A DNA stretch of 64,000 bases, taken from Balanoglossus misakiensis. Lineage: Eukaryota > Animalia > Hemichordata. Positions 48,384 through 61,227 of this stretch are shown in pieces; the first letter of the stretch is position 1; each line of letters begins with the position of its first letter. The stretch covers positions 5,026,110 to 5,090,109 of the forward strand of contig CM082584.2 of the NCBI GenBank assembly GCA_040954595.2. The letters are read 5' to 3'. Under the pieces are notes generated by a model. It was not told the origin of the DNA, searched no databases, and saw nothing but the letters and a program-made list of their open reading frames with translations. Position numbers and translations under genes: made by a program.

Positions 48384-49138
48384 ATGCATGCAGGTCTTCC
48401 CATCTTGGTTTTCTTCATTTCAGTGGCATTTGCAGGTAATTATGTCCAGGTATAAATGTTCAAAAAGTTATACATGTACTTTCTGAATTGAGCCTCCAAT
48501 TGTCAGAAGAATCAGATTTTTGTAGCTACCACTCAGTCTACCTTTTGGATACAGCCAAACATTAAAATATAAAAACATCTATACAATTTTCTGAGTATAA
48601 AAGAATTTGAAAGTGCAGCCAGTCAAAATAGTAGCAAAATGTAACAAATCATTTTTTATGGTAAAGACTGTATGGTATTTTGAAGTGTGATATAGCCAGC
48701 AACTTTGTAGGTTGGATTTTATTAAATATACTTCCGGGTAGCTTAGCTCTGCGTACAGGTCTGTGTGTTCCCGGCGTTACACGGCCGTATAACGCCGGGA
48801 ACACACAGACCTGTACGCAGAGCTACGGGTAGCTAAGCTTAAGAGTTTGCTGATACAAAGTACACCACCAGGACTGAAAATGCTGTCACTGATTTTCTGA
48901 AGTAGTGCTGATAGTACTATAGTCTTCTTGTTAAACCTGTCTCTCACTGCATGATAAAAATTGGTAGGTTGGAATTTTTGTCAATTACACCATAGTTATA
49001 AATAGATACATTCTAAACCTTTCTCATTCCTTCTTGTCGAGAAACGTTTATATTAACTTGTTAAGCAAGGCCCATTGTGTTTTTTTATCACTATCAAACC
49101 TAATAAAATTCATAGATTGAAAAATATATAAAGATGAA

Positions 49139-49177
<39 letters not shown>

Positions 49178-52100
49178 AAAGTAACATAAATTGCAATGTA
49201 CCCCAAGTTCACTATTTACAATTGTGAAAGTCATTCCATTTTTCGCTATAAAACAAGATGAGGGCAGTTTTGGTATTTGAGCAAATGCTTAACAAAACCA
49301 TCTTGTAATTCATCCATTTTTTACCAGGTAACTTTTTTTTATTGGTTTAAAGCATCATACCCAAAAGATCAAGGGGAATGCATTAATTAGAAGCACCAGT
49401 TTTTTCTATGGCGCCTTGCAGGGCTGTGGTGGAGGCCGTGTAACGCCGGGAACACACAGACCTGTACGCAGGGCTAGGCCTTAGTTGCACTGATATAATA
49501 TAATGGCTGAATTATAACTGAATGGTGTGTATGTGTTTATTTTATATTACAGATGCTCGGTTAGATGTCACCTTCTATAATGCTAAAGCATTACCAAGTT
49601 TAAGTGTTAGGAATTATTTCATTGGGGGATTCTCAGGTGGTGATACCATAAATACTGTAGGTCCAGATTTTGATTTTGGAAGAATCCTAGATACAGGCAC
49701 AGGAGTAGCACTCCCATCAGGTAGTAGCTTGAGTTACACAAGTAATTATGCAAGAAGGCTCACTTTTCCCACTGGTTCTAGAAGACCTGGTGTGTACTAC
49801 TGTGATGCCAATGCTAACACTGGAGAAACTGAGAGACTTGTAACAGTACAGGTTGCTGCAACTGGTGAGTTATGAACAAATCTTATTGGCATTTTGAATA
49901 TACATTACTCATAAATTTGATTGTTTCATGTGTGGGTTAATGTCATAATGAATGGATGGGTGAATTTGGGCATTTTTGACTCGCTGATATAATGGCACAT
50001 AAAATTATCTCAAATATATATGGACGGATGATTTGAAGATCATTTTTCAGTGTAAGCAGTTTGAATCAAAGCCAATTATCTGTCTCTGTGCATCTGCCAG
50101 CTGAAATCCAACCCGAGAGTCAAACCAAAACAGTGAGTTTTGGAGAAGATGAAACATTGACCATGACAACATCCATCGCTGAATCATCATTGAAATGGAA
50201 ACATAATGGAATAGAGAAAACACAATGGAATGGTCAGAGAAGTATTACAATCTCATTTGCAAACACCAGTGATGCAGGAATCTATGAATGTTACAGCAGT
50301 GAAAACCATCGAAGTCAAGGACTACATGGATTTATGAGACTTATTGTCAGAGGTATAATGAACAAATAAAAAAGACACCAATATTTGTCATGTCAAATTA
50401 CCTGATGATATACAGTGAATTGAATGTCAAGTGGTGTTATTTAAAGTGCTACAAAATGAATAACATTGCTTCTTTAATAAAACAGAATTTTTGAAATAAT
50501 CATTTTACTGAATTGAAATGGTTATGAAAATGGAAATATTGCACCCAGTTTTATAACAGAACTGGGCAATTAATCTTATAACTGTGGTTTTAATCTTTTC
50601 CAACTAAAGTTATCATTAAATCATATTATATGACATTCATTTATACCTTTGAACACAATCACACTTTGTTCAACAAACAATTTCCATATTTGTGCTGATA
50701 TATTTAATACTGAATAATACGTCATGATGTATTGCAGATTACTAGTATATTTTTTTATTTATTTTAAACATGACAACAATAAATATTTTTGCACAGGTTA
50801 GCATCATTAAACATTACCACAAAAGTGAATTTAAGTCAAAAGTAAAACCATGCAATTATATTTCAATTCCCATTTTAGGTTGTCCAAATGGAAAGTGGGG
50901 ATTACCAGCCTGTCTGTCTTCATGTCCAACGTGTTACAATGGAGGAATATGCAACTCTGACACTGGTGAGTGTATATGTCCGCCTGGATTCAAGGGAAGT
51001 AACTGTGAAATTGGTGAGTATGTTATAGTTATTTTAGTGTGTTTGTTTGTGTGAGTGATGTGTGTTTGAAATGCATACCACGAATCTCATGTCTGTCCCA
51101 GGCAGGGTTTGATTGGAATTGACAATTCTTCTCCAGAGCCAACAATAATTGAAGGCTTACAAATTAATACCCGCGAAACAGTGCAGGCCTCTCTCGATAT
51201 CGCGAAAATTTTAACTCGCGAAAATAAAGTGTTTTACAGTAATTGTTGCAAACACAATATTGCAACAAACTGTAGTTATTGGTCTTGCAGTTTTTAATTA
51301 TCATAGATGTCTCACAACAGTTAACGTATTTTGAAGTAGCTGCATGTCCCCATACTCATAATTTTTTTCTTCTTCAAAAAAAAAACAAATTGACTTGATA
51401 CAGGCTGTGGTAAGAATAGCTGGGGAATAGAGTGTACTCGTGTGTGTTCAAGTTCAGATCCAGACCGATGTCGCAGCAGTATGTTTTGCATAGCTGATCC
51501 CTATGGGTGTTCTTGCAGTGCATCATATACAGGACTAAACTGTTCAGCTGGTAAGATAAAAATCCCATAGATGTACATGTATAGTTCAGGGGATCGATTG
51601 ACTCTACAATGTGTAGTTCTTTTTTGATACAATTCAACATGGCTGTTTGTCTTCTACAATATCTTGACAGATTGTCCAGATGGCAAGTATGGTTCTGGAT
51701 GTAAACAGACATGTCACTGCACCAATGGGTGTAATAAAGAAACTGGTGCATGTAACAGTGGAGGTGTTTGTGAGTCAGGGTGGAGTGGAACAAATTGTCA
51801 GGGTAAGTGATATTTCTGTTTGGTATTGAATGTGTACACGTGCTGTTCTTCAATAACTAAAATGTATACATTATAATTATAGTAAGTTAAGTCATACTAG
51901 ATTAGAGTACATTAGAATTCATCAATCTCTAACACATTTTTAAGTTCAAATTGCTTTTCATATTCTTCAGTTTTTCCAATACTAAATGCTCGCAGTCTCT
52001 TTTTGAGAGTTTTCATTAAAATCTCTTTTCAGCCATGGTCCTCAGGGCATTTCCAACAGCTTTCATTATAATGCTATATATATTTATAATGTTGTTGGTA

Positions 52101-55100
52101 TGACAAAGTCTGGTGGAAATTAGTCCATAATGAAAGTTTTATCACTGTACCGTACCGGTACAAGGAATATGAGATAATGACATTATAATTGATGATTTTA
52201 TAATTATACTAGTAAAATCATCTCTGTTTATATCACCATATTTCTTTATAAGTGCCTGATTCATGCCCAACTGGTTTCTATGGTGAGCTGTGTAATTACA
52301 ACTGCCATTGCAAAGATGATGCAGCGTGTGAAAGGACAACTGGTGTGTGTTCAAATGGAGAATGCGCTCAAGGATGGTTGGATATCGGGGATTGTCAACA
52401 AGGTGAGGGTGTTAATTAGTTTTTGACATTAAAAGTCAAGTCATTGGGTATGTTACACTGTATTCATCTTGATTCCGATATTAAAAATAGGTGTACAGAT
52501 ATTTCATTCCCAAAACATGTTGAGGCATAATAATTGACAAAGGTGGAAAGTGATATACAGTTGTACATTATTAAACTATTAACATTGTTGATGATTATAT
52601 TATATGATTTTATACGATATATGAACTTAATTTTACAGACGGGAGTATCAAAGTGTATCGTTTGTATAACATGAAAGTCAACCCTGGTGAACTGAGTTCG
52701 ATTATCTGTGGTGTTAGTAGTAACCCTGTCATATCATCTTCTGATGTAACACTGACTGACAAGGATGGATCAGCTGTTACACCCACATCACACTGGATCA
52801 GTTATGGATACGTGTACTACAGTAATTATAGCGGTGTTTCTTTGGATGCTGGCATGTCTTACACTTGTTCTGCTGGTGGTCAGTCTCAGCTATTGAACAG
52901 CTTTGAGTTCTACGGTAAGTACACATACCAGTGCAAGAGATAGAACTGTCAGACCCTGTCACAACACTCTCAGACCTCAGCACTTTACAGCTAATATCCT
53001 CACAGCACTGCATGGATTATAGACCTGCATGTAGAAGTTACCACCAGTCCATTGTAACAGTCAGGAGTCACCCTTCTGATCGACACAGACCTCAGACCAA
53101 CAGCATAATGTATCCTAGGGCCTAGCTGTCACAGCAGCAAATTTCTTTTACTGGTATTCACATATACAATGTAATGTGTAAAAGTCTGACAATTCTTGTT
53201 TTAAGATTTTTTGTTTGCTAATGTCAAACTTTCAACAGGTTTATAAATATAAAGTCACAAAATTTTAAAGAGTACAGGGGGATTAAAGAGATAATGTGAT
53301 TTAATCATGCTAGATATTTACCACTAATATGTTTGACTGTTATTTCCAGTATTACCACGATTTTCAAATGCTGGCAAGCCAGGAGTTACAGTTCAAGCTA
53401 CTCAAGCAACTGTTACTTGGCAGAAATGGGAATCAGGAAGTGATGTTGGTGATGGACCTGTAGAAGCTTACTTAGTTTACTACAAAAAGACATCAGATGA
53501 TGATTGGACATCTCATGGTACAATTACAGTAACTGATCCTGATCAATCGAGTTACACCACGTGCACAGACATCACTGGTCTAGACTGGTCTACAAGTTAT
53601 GATTTCACAGTGACTGTCAAGAGACCAGGACTCAAGGGAGAAGGTAGCAAGGAAATTGTTACCACAGCCACTACACTGTGTGATGGTAAGTGATAGCTAT
53701 ATTTGCACGAAGAATTGACCACAAATTTGCATATAACAGGCCAAAATGATTTCAGTTGATGTCCTCTAAATTCAAAATTATTGCCGACTGTGTGAATTTC
53801 ACATTTTCCATTGGATTTTTGTATATTAAACTTCACAAATGAGCCAATAATTAAGGCACAGTTTAGACCCACATACTGTTACATCATTGAAGAAGAAACT
53901 AGATTATATTATATCATATGCTACCGTCCGCAATTCTGATTGGACGAGAGCTCAATCCAGCGATGCTAAAATACTCAATATAAGCACTGCTAAAACGGGC
54001 CCCTGAACCAGCATGCGGCAGCAAAAATGTGCGGTTAAACCCCAGTCCCGTGTATTTAAACCAAATAAATAAAATAAAAATCCTGTTGAATTAACGGACG
54101 TTTTATTTTGGAACTGCTCTGTGGAAATATTTGTCACATTGCCACGCGCGATGCATGTCTTGTCATTTTTTGTCGCCTGCTTCATGTTTAATGCTCGATC
54201 CCGGCCGCTCGTGTTTACATTCATCGTCGCCATGTTGGTTCATGATCGTAATTTCTCTTTCTGACGCCGTTTCGGTAAGAAAATGATACTGATATGCCAC
54301 AAAAACAATTGTTGATATAATAATAGCAATATTAACCCCCGCCTCAGTCAGGTATACACTCGATTTTGGGTACAATTTCGCTCCATATAGCACTCGCCTG
54401 ACGGTTCCTGCTATATGTCTCTCAATTGTACTCCAAATCTCGCTGATACCCTGCGGCGGGGGTTATTGCTTAAATATGGCATCATGCAATGACATTCATG
54501 AAATGAATAATTACCAACACTAATTAACTTTCATACTCTCAAACACCTATTGCCTGAAATGTTTGTTTCAGCTATCAATGTAGGACTGGGAAAAATCTCT
54601 GTGCTGTGACATTTTAGTTGTGTACAGATATATATCGCATAAACATCACTCAACATTAAAAAGTTTCGAAATTTTTATTTTAATACAAGTTGAAAATGTC
54701 TGTAACCTTTACCTTTCTATTTGGTGGCCAGTTGTTTGCTTGTTATGAAATGTGCACACTTTTTCTCACTTCAGGAACCAGAGTACGCCAATATTTTATC
54801 TTGTGATTTATCTGATTTTATTGTTCTTCAGTTTTACTTGAGAAATATCTAATCGAGAAAAAGAAAAGGAAAGAAATGTTTTGGATTTCAGGGCACAAGT
54901 CTGTAAAATTAAAAATATTGCTTCAAAATAATGTACTGTTATATGTTATTATACATCTGGCATCGAGAACAAAAGCTCGTGCATACTTTGTGGTATTTTC
55001 GTAATAACCTCATATTATACTTCTACTATTATACCTTCTTACCATCCTCTCATATTAAACGTTCATGTGCACCTATGTTTTCTTGCTTATTTTTCATTTG

Positions 55101-58100
55101 ATTGTTTGTCTGTTCTATTTTCCCTGTAATTATTTAACATCAATTTCCTTTTTAGTTGATATTTCAAGAACACTGCTTATGACAGATGTAACAAGTAATG
55201 TTGTACATTCTAAAACCAGTGCCAAAGTTACCTTACCTGGTTTGTCAGACGACTCGGGCATTTCTGAAAACACCACACTCATGTAAGTGTTAGTTAAATG
55301 CAAAATGGTAGTTTGAGTTGTAGTTTCGATATGATGAAATGAAAAAAAAGTGATGTGGTTTGACTTGAAATCCAGCCACTGTCGTTGAGCCAAGATAACT
55401 ATATTGACAGTTAAGGCACAAATTAAAAGTTTTTCTTTGAATTGCTTTCTCAGTGAGTATATTGTCGTTCTGGAATATGAAAAGATTGTTAAGAAAAGAA
55501 GAAGGCGACATATAGACTCTACAAAACTTGGAGAGTATAATGCTTCAGGTCCACCGTACTACATCACAGCACTACTTCCTCTCAATAATCTGCCAGAGAC
55601 GTTCATTATTGGTGACGGTCACGTGTATGGTGGTTACAACAATGTTCCACTTACCGCAGGGAGGCGATATGGCATTTACTATGGACTCAGAAGCGAAACA
55701 AGTGGGGTAGGGTCACAGGTAACAAGTAAAATTAAATAGTGATTTATGTTGATGGTAGTATTAGTCTATATGGGCAAATCTTCATAGCATCTGTTCACAT
55801 TGCAATTTAAGCCTTAATTGTTCAACATGTCTGAAATGTGATTGACTGGCATTAAATTCCTTCACTGTATAAAGTGACCATAAAAGGCTTAATATATTTT
55901 TTTTTTCAGAAGCCTATACACCATCTTGCTGAATTTCCTGTCCTCTCCTTTACAGGTAAGCAACTACATTACATAATTTTAGTTTTAATTTGACATGTTT
56001 GATTACAATGTACATCAATATGCCATTTAGCTTGTGATGATAATTCTTTTTGATTTTTTGACTGAATTTATGTATAAAAAGGCAGAAAAGCTACAACCTC
56101 GTAAATGTACATGGTCATGCAATGTGATATGATGTACACGGCCATCACAGGGAGCAACATTGTTAAATGAAGGGATTTAAATATTTCTGCTTTTCGCCAA
56201 TGAAAGTAATAGTTATCAACGTGTATTGATCCTCTCTACACTCATACATTCTCAACTGAGAAATACTCTAAGATGTCCTGAATTCGGGCTAACACTTAAA
56301 TCACAAGAATCTCTTGTAAATATACAGCTGGTGGACCAACTACCAGTCCAAGTATACCAGTTGCTGCTTTTGTTGGTGGTGTCATCGCTACAGCATTGGT
56401 TATCTGTGTCCTCTTTGGTGTGTTTTTCATAGTAAGACGATGGTGAGTGATAGAATAACACTGGATTAACGTCTTCTTTTGCCTACAAGCAAACTGCCTG
56501 TAATTGTATTACTTTTAACGGCCTATACCAGTATTCTACATAAAGACACTTTTGTAATCATGCATGTTGAACATTTTATACAATAGGCAGAACTCAGGAA
56601 AATCAAACAGAGACAACAAACAAGAGAAATTCAAGCTCACTACAGACACAAGAAACCGAGGTAAAGAAATCCTGAGTAAAAAACAATAACCTTGGCTTAG
56701 GTAGCATATAGTCTTTAACCACTTCTCAAGGAACAATAGTGTAAACTTAAAACCAGTTGTGAATAATATGTGTTTAAGAACCTAATTTATTATGTTGTGG
56801 CTGGCATAGAAACTGAGATGCATGATATTGAAATTGATTTCAACAAAGCATTCCTCCATATACCTTTTGAACAACAAAATATATTATATTGTCTTGCACT
56901 ACACAAGGTTTTCGTCTATGAGATTTAAAGTGCACTTATTATGTTATATATTTTCAAATGACCATTGATAATACATGTACTCTTAAATACGACCCATTAT
57001 TAAATAACAACTCTTTTCACTGCAGCTGATACGTCCAATTCAGTGTCCTCCGAACAGGACTCCGATGATGATAGTGACCTGCAGTATACTCATATAGATG
57101 TACCAGCTGAGGAATCATCTGAAAATGATCCCATAGAAAGTGCACATGATGGTTTATCAATAGAAATGGTTTGTATACGTCAACAAACATTCCAATTATC
57201 ACAAATACACATCATTTCTCTTAGTGAAACAAATACTATAAAACACTTTATTTTCGCGAGTTGAAATTTTTGCAATATCCAAAGAGGCCACTGTTTCGCG
57301 TGTACTAATTTTCGCATTCTCTTATTTCATTCACTGCATCGTTATCTTAAAAAAAAAATTACGCGACTTTTTATTTTCACGCTATTTTGGCTCTCACGTA
57401 TTTGGCGTAAATTTATTGCTCGCGAAAATAAAGTGTTTTACAGTAGTTTGTATGGTTCTGCCTCTTTTCAAAACTCACCTATTTTCCAATGACCAATTCT
57501 GGATAATCTTTTCCTGGTAGTCCAATCTGTGGATAACTCATGTACTTCTTCCATTTTGATTAAATTTTCCTATAATAGAGGATAAATTTGTTGGTATAAT
57601 GTTAAAATGGTAACACGTCAGAAAATGTTGTAAATTGGAATACATGCCTCTTTCTTTGCCTCTGCCTAATTAACTTTGTCTGTGCTATCGTATTGATTAC
57701 TATATTTGCATCTGCTGCATAAACTTTGAAAAGACGAAAAAAATCAACTGGACTGGCATAAGCTTGGAGAACAAACCCACTTGCCACTTTTGTTGACAAA
57801 TTATCAAACTACCGGTATAATGATGGCTATAAGATTCTAGACGGCAACAAACCTCGACTTGAACACCAAAAGAGTAATTTTACGTGTTGTGGGTATGGGC
57901 AAGTCATAGACCCTTTAACTTTTGGTCGAAGAGTTCCCCTTGACGTAGTTACCTTTGCAATGACATCCACTCAACTGCACAAGTTCTCTATTTTCAGGAA
58001 ACAGAATCGGAGTATACCTCCCTGAATCCTTTCACAAGATTAACCTCCATGACCATTCCAGTCTCAGATGTTAAAAAGACATTCACTGATTTACTGAAAA

Positions 58101-61100
58101 AAGATCAACAAACTATGAAAACATGTCTGTATTCAGAATGGCAGGTTAGTGTTGATTTTTAAGTTCTAGGTAAAATAACAGCCAAAATATCTGATTTTTA
58201 TATTCAGATCCAGTAGCATCTTCTCTGAGTAAATTTTATTCAAGACTTAATAGAGCTACCTCTGTACGATCACATTGCAACAGTAACAAGAGTTAATTTC
58301 GAGGAAGTAATATGAAATTCATTGAAGCGAGTAACATATATTTTAATTGGGATCATTTCACTCACACCAATCATTTTTTTCTCTCCACTCAAATGTACAG
58401 AATTTAAACGGAAACAGTTACAAACCCAAACCAGAAGAATCTAAGAAAGGTCGTCTACCTAAAAACCGAAAGAAAAACCGGTTTGCCAATATTTTGCCCA
58501 GTAAGTGTATTAACATAGTTATGGGTCCGAAGGTTCCAGACAAAAGAGGAATGAAGAAATTTAACATATAGTATGCTTGAATTAACTGTACATATAGGGT
58601 ACTCTAATCACACAGATTCTTGGTCATGTTTCAGTTGACAAGTACTGTCCCATGTTGACTACAGTCATACAGGATCCTAAATCAACAGATTACATTAACG
58701 CAAGCTTCTTGGATGTAAGTATTCTTTGTATATCAAAGCTTAAAATTCAGGTATGCTAGTGCTAAACTATGATACTTAAGTCTCTTCAAACATTTGGAAC
58801 ATTATTATACATGATTTAATCTGTTACTCAATTAATAGACATACAATGTGAAGAATGCTTTCCTGGTAACCCAGATGCCCTTACCAAGTACTATCGTAGA
58901 TTTCTGGAGAATGGTCTATGATCACAAATCGCGTATCATTGTTATGCTGAACGATGTGGATAGTGAAATGAAAGTGAGTATCGCATTTGAAGTTCATTAT
59001 CCATTTTTTTTTTTTCATACAGTACTTCAAAAACTGGTTGTCATGGTACACTCAACTTAACTTAATTACTTTTCAATCGTATGTCTGATATAATGTGAAT
59101 GACTTCATTTTTGGAGGTATAGTAACACATTTTTAGGTCCCATTGGTATATACCATGGGACCTTATGGGATCGGTTGCGTCTGTATGGATGTATGTCTGT
59201 ATGTCCGTCCACAGCAAAAACTTGAAACCCCGCTGCGTGTATCACCTTGATATTTGGTGTGCTGATGCAGGCTGGGCTGTAGATGGGAGTTTGTTCAAAT
59301 GAAGGTGTCATCGCCAAAAATATGCAAATTAGCTGGAAAAATGTGAATTTGGTCAAAACTCGGTAACTCAAGAACTACTGGTCAGATTGCTTTGCAAAGT
59401 GGTGTGTATTACTTTATTGAGTTGTTTTAATTAGGCAAGAAGTTCCGTGGTGTGATTGATTTACACAGCAAATTCCTGAATGATTACATATCTGGCTAAG
59501 TTTTAAAGAGGCCAGCTGTTCTATTTAGTGTATGTTACGTACAGTACATATGCCATTGGCAGCTTATGGGTCAGTCAGTGCTTGCCCATTGATCTCTCTA
59601 TATGTGTGTGTGTGTGTCTGTCTGTCTGTATAGGGCCATGTACTCCGGTGTACCGTAGACTTTTTCTTGTATAATAACTCAATGATCTCTAAAGAGGGAA
59701 CTGGGGGTGAAAGGGTTAAATATAACCTTGTGTCTCTTATACTATAGGACAGGTGTCTTTACTGGCCTGATGAATATGAAGACAAACATTTTGGACCATT
59801 TGATGTGAAACTCGAAAGCACAAATGTTGGAGATATTGTCGAACGAATCCTTACACTCTCCAAGGTGGGAATTTAAATAATACCTTTTTTGTGACAATAA
59901 ATAAATAAGAAATGATTTATGAGCTTGGTATATCTATCAATCAATCAATCAATCAACCAATCTATCAGTGGTTGCTTTTTGAAAGTTGGTCTGGTTTATA
60001 CATACAGCATTTCGAAAAGCGTCTGTCATCTTACACCGTATTTATTAATAATGGTATAAATATTTTTCAGTAACTTAGAGAGAATAGTATAATAAAGATG
60101 CAAATGAGATCCTATCATTTCCAATTGTAGGGAGAGGATTCAGTCTTAATACACCAGTTTCAAATTCGTCGTTGGAAACACAACCATGAAACTGGGAAAC
60201 TGACCAAGATCATCGTAGAGTTGATGAACATGGTTAAGCAAATACAACAGGAAGCTGAAACTGGTCCCATTTCTGTGCATTGCATGTAAGTTATTGTTTC
60301 AGCCGGCAACCAGAAATTCTATGTGTGAATCAGACCTGTCATTGCTTTATAGCAGAACATAAATTTTCCATTTTCTGGGGGTAGCTTTCACGTTGCTTTT
60401 ATTTTTTACAAGAATAGTATTACATATTATGAACCTTATATTAAAGGCATGTTGATTGTACTGGCTTCCTTGGTGGCTTTGTCAAATAAACAAAACATAT
60501 AAGCAGCAAATGGAACTATTTTTGATAAATACATGCTGGATAACTGGAAATTTATTGGCAAAATTCAGCATACATTGCTGACCATGAAAGATCCAGGAAT
60601 CACAGCTCTATTTATTTTGTGTGATATTTAACAGGTGTTAATTTTGAGGTTTTCGTTTTCTTGTCAGCAATGGTATTGGTCGAAGTGGCGTGTTCTGTGC
60701 TGCCATCTCTGCATGTGAACGAATCAAAATCGATCAAATGGTGGACGTCTTCCAGGCTGTCAGGACAATCAGAAATTTCAGACCAAACATGGTTGAAACA
60801 TTGGTGAGTAAAATATACAGTGAAATGGCTAATAGACAGTATTTACTGCAGTAATGCAATGTCCCTCTCTGTCTACTAAGTATGTACCAAGGGTATACTC
60901 TGGTAGGTATACTTTCTTGACAGTAACAATCACCCTTGTTTTCCTTTCAAGAACTTTCACTGGGGAGGTTAGAGCTTAAATAAACAATTTCTGAATAGAA
61001 ATCAGAGGCTTGATATGATTGGAATACATCTTTACAAAGATCTACAACTATACCCCTCACTGTCCATTGTCTAACTCCTGTCAAACACAACTCCAATCCA

Positions 61101-61227
61101 ACGCTTCAATTTGTATAAACCCAAACATTTCTTTATATTTCCCTAGGAACAATATCAACTCTGCTATGAAGTGGTTGTGACGTACTGCGATGAAAATACT
61201 CAAACATATGTCAATATCACTTCTTAG
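48384..61227 (+). CDS. Receptor B: tandem paralog of receptor A lacking FN3 repeats 2-3; ~1166 aa, 23 exons
   Basis: Exons: 48384-48435, 49553-49864, 50101-50352, 50879-51013, 51404-51550, 51671-51802, 52253-52402, 52639-52914, 53350-53685, 55156-55282, 55454-55706, 55910-55955, 56328-56442 (TM), 56587-56660, 57026-57168, 57998-58144, 58401-58500, 58635-58714, 58839-58973, 59748-59864, 60131-60285, 60668-60803, 61147-61227. Phases close (3501 nt), with exon-for-exon homology to receptor A. Confidence 0.9.
48744..48825. mobile_element. 82-bp palindromic MITE with TAG..CTA termini and 9-bp TSD
   Basis: Near-perfect hairpin; TSD CGGGTAGCT. The empty site is in paralog A at ~31745-31765; a half copy lies at ~49435-49476. 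Confidence 0.9.
49137..49178. repeat. (AAAT)n microsatellite
   Basis: Direct reading of the sequence. Confidence 0.95.
53905..54473. mobile_element. Unclassified interspersed repeat with terminal nested hairpins (possibly Crypton-like)
   Basis: CpG-rich insert absent from the paralogous intron of receptor A, with inverted arms agcaatattaacccccgcc / gcggggggttattgct and tatagcactcgcctgacggttcctgctata. Similarly styled inserts at ~23610-24090 and ~33000-33560. Confidence 0.45.
57234..57445. mobile_element. Tc1/mariner-type MITE, inverted copy of the 18461 family
   Basis: Interior is the reverse complement of 18461-18673. Confidence 0.8.
59134..59415 (+). mobile_element. 5' portion of a HINE-like element (same family as 4365-6125)
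   Basis: Hairpin ggtcccattggtatataccatgggacc, microsatellite, and a core matching the reverse complement of ~5790-6125. Inserted in a T-run that is empty in paralog A (~43250). Confidence 0.75.
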
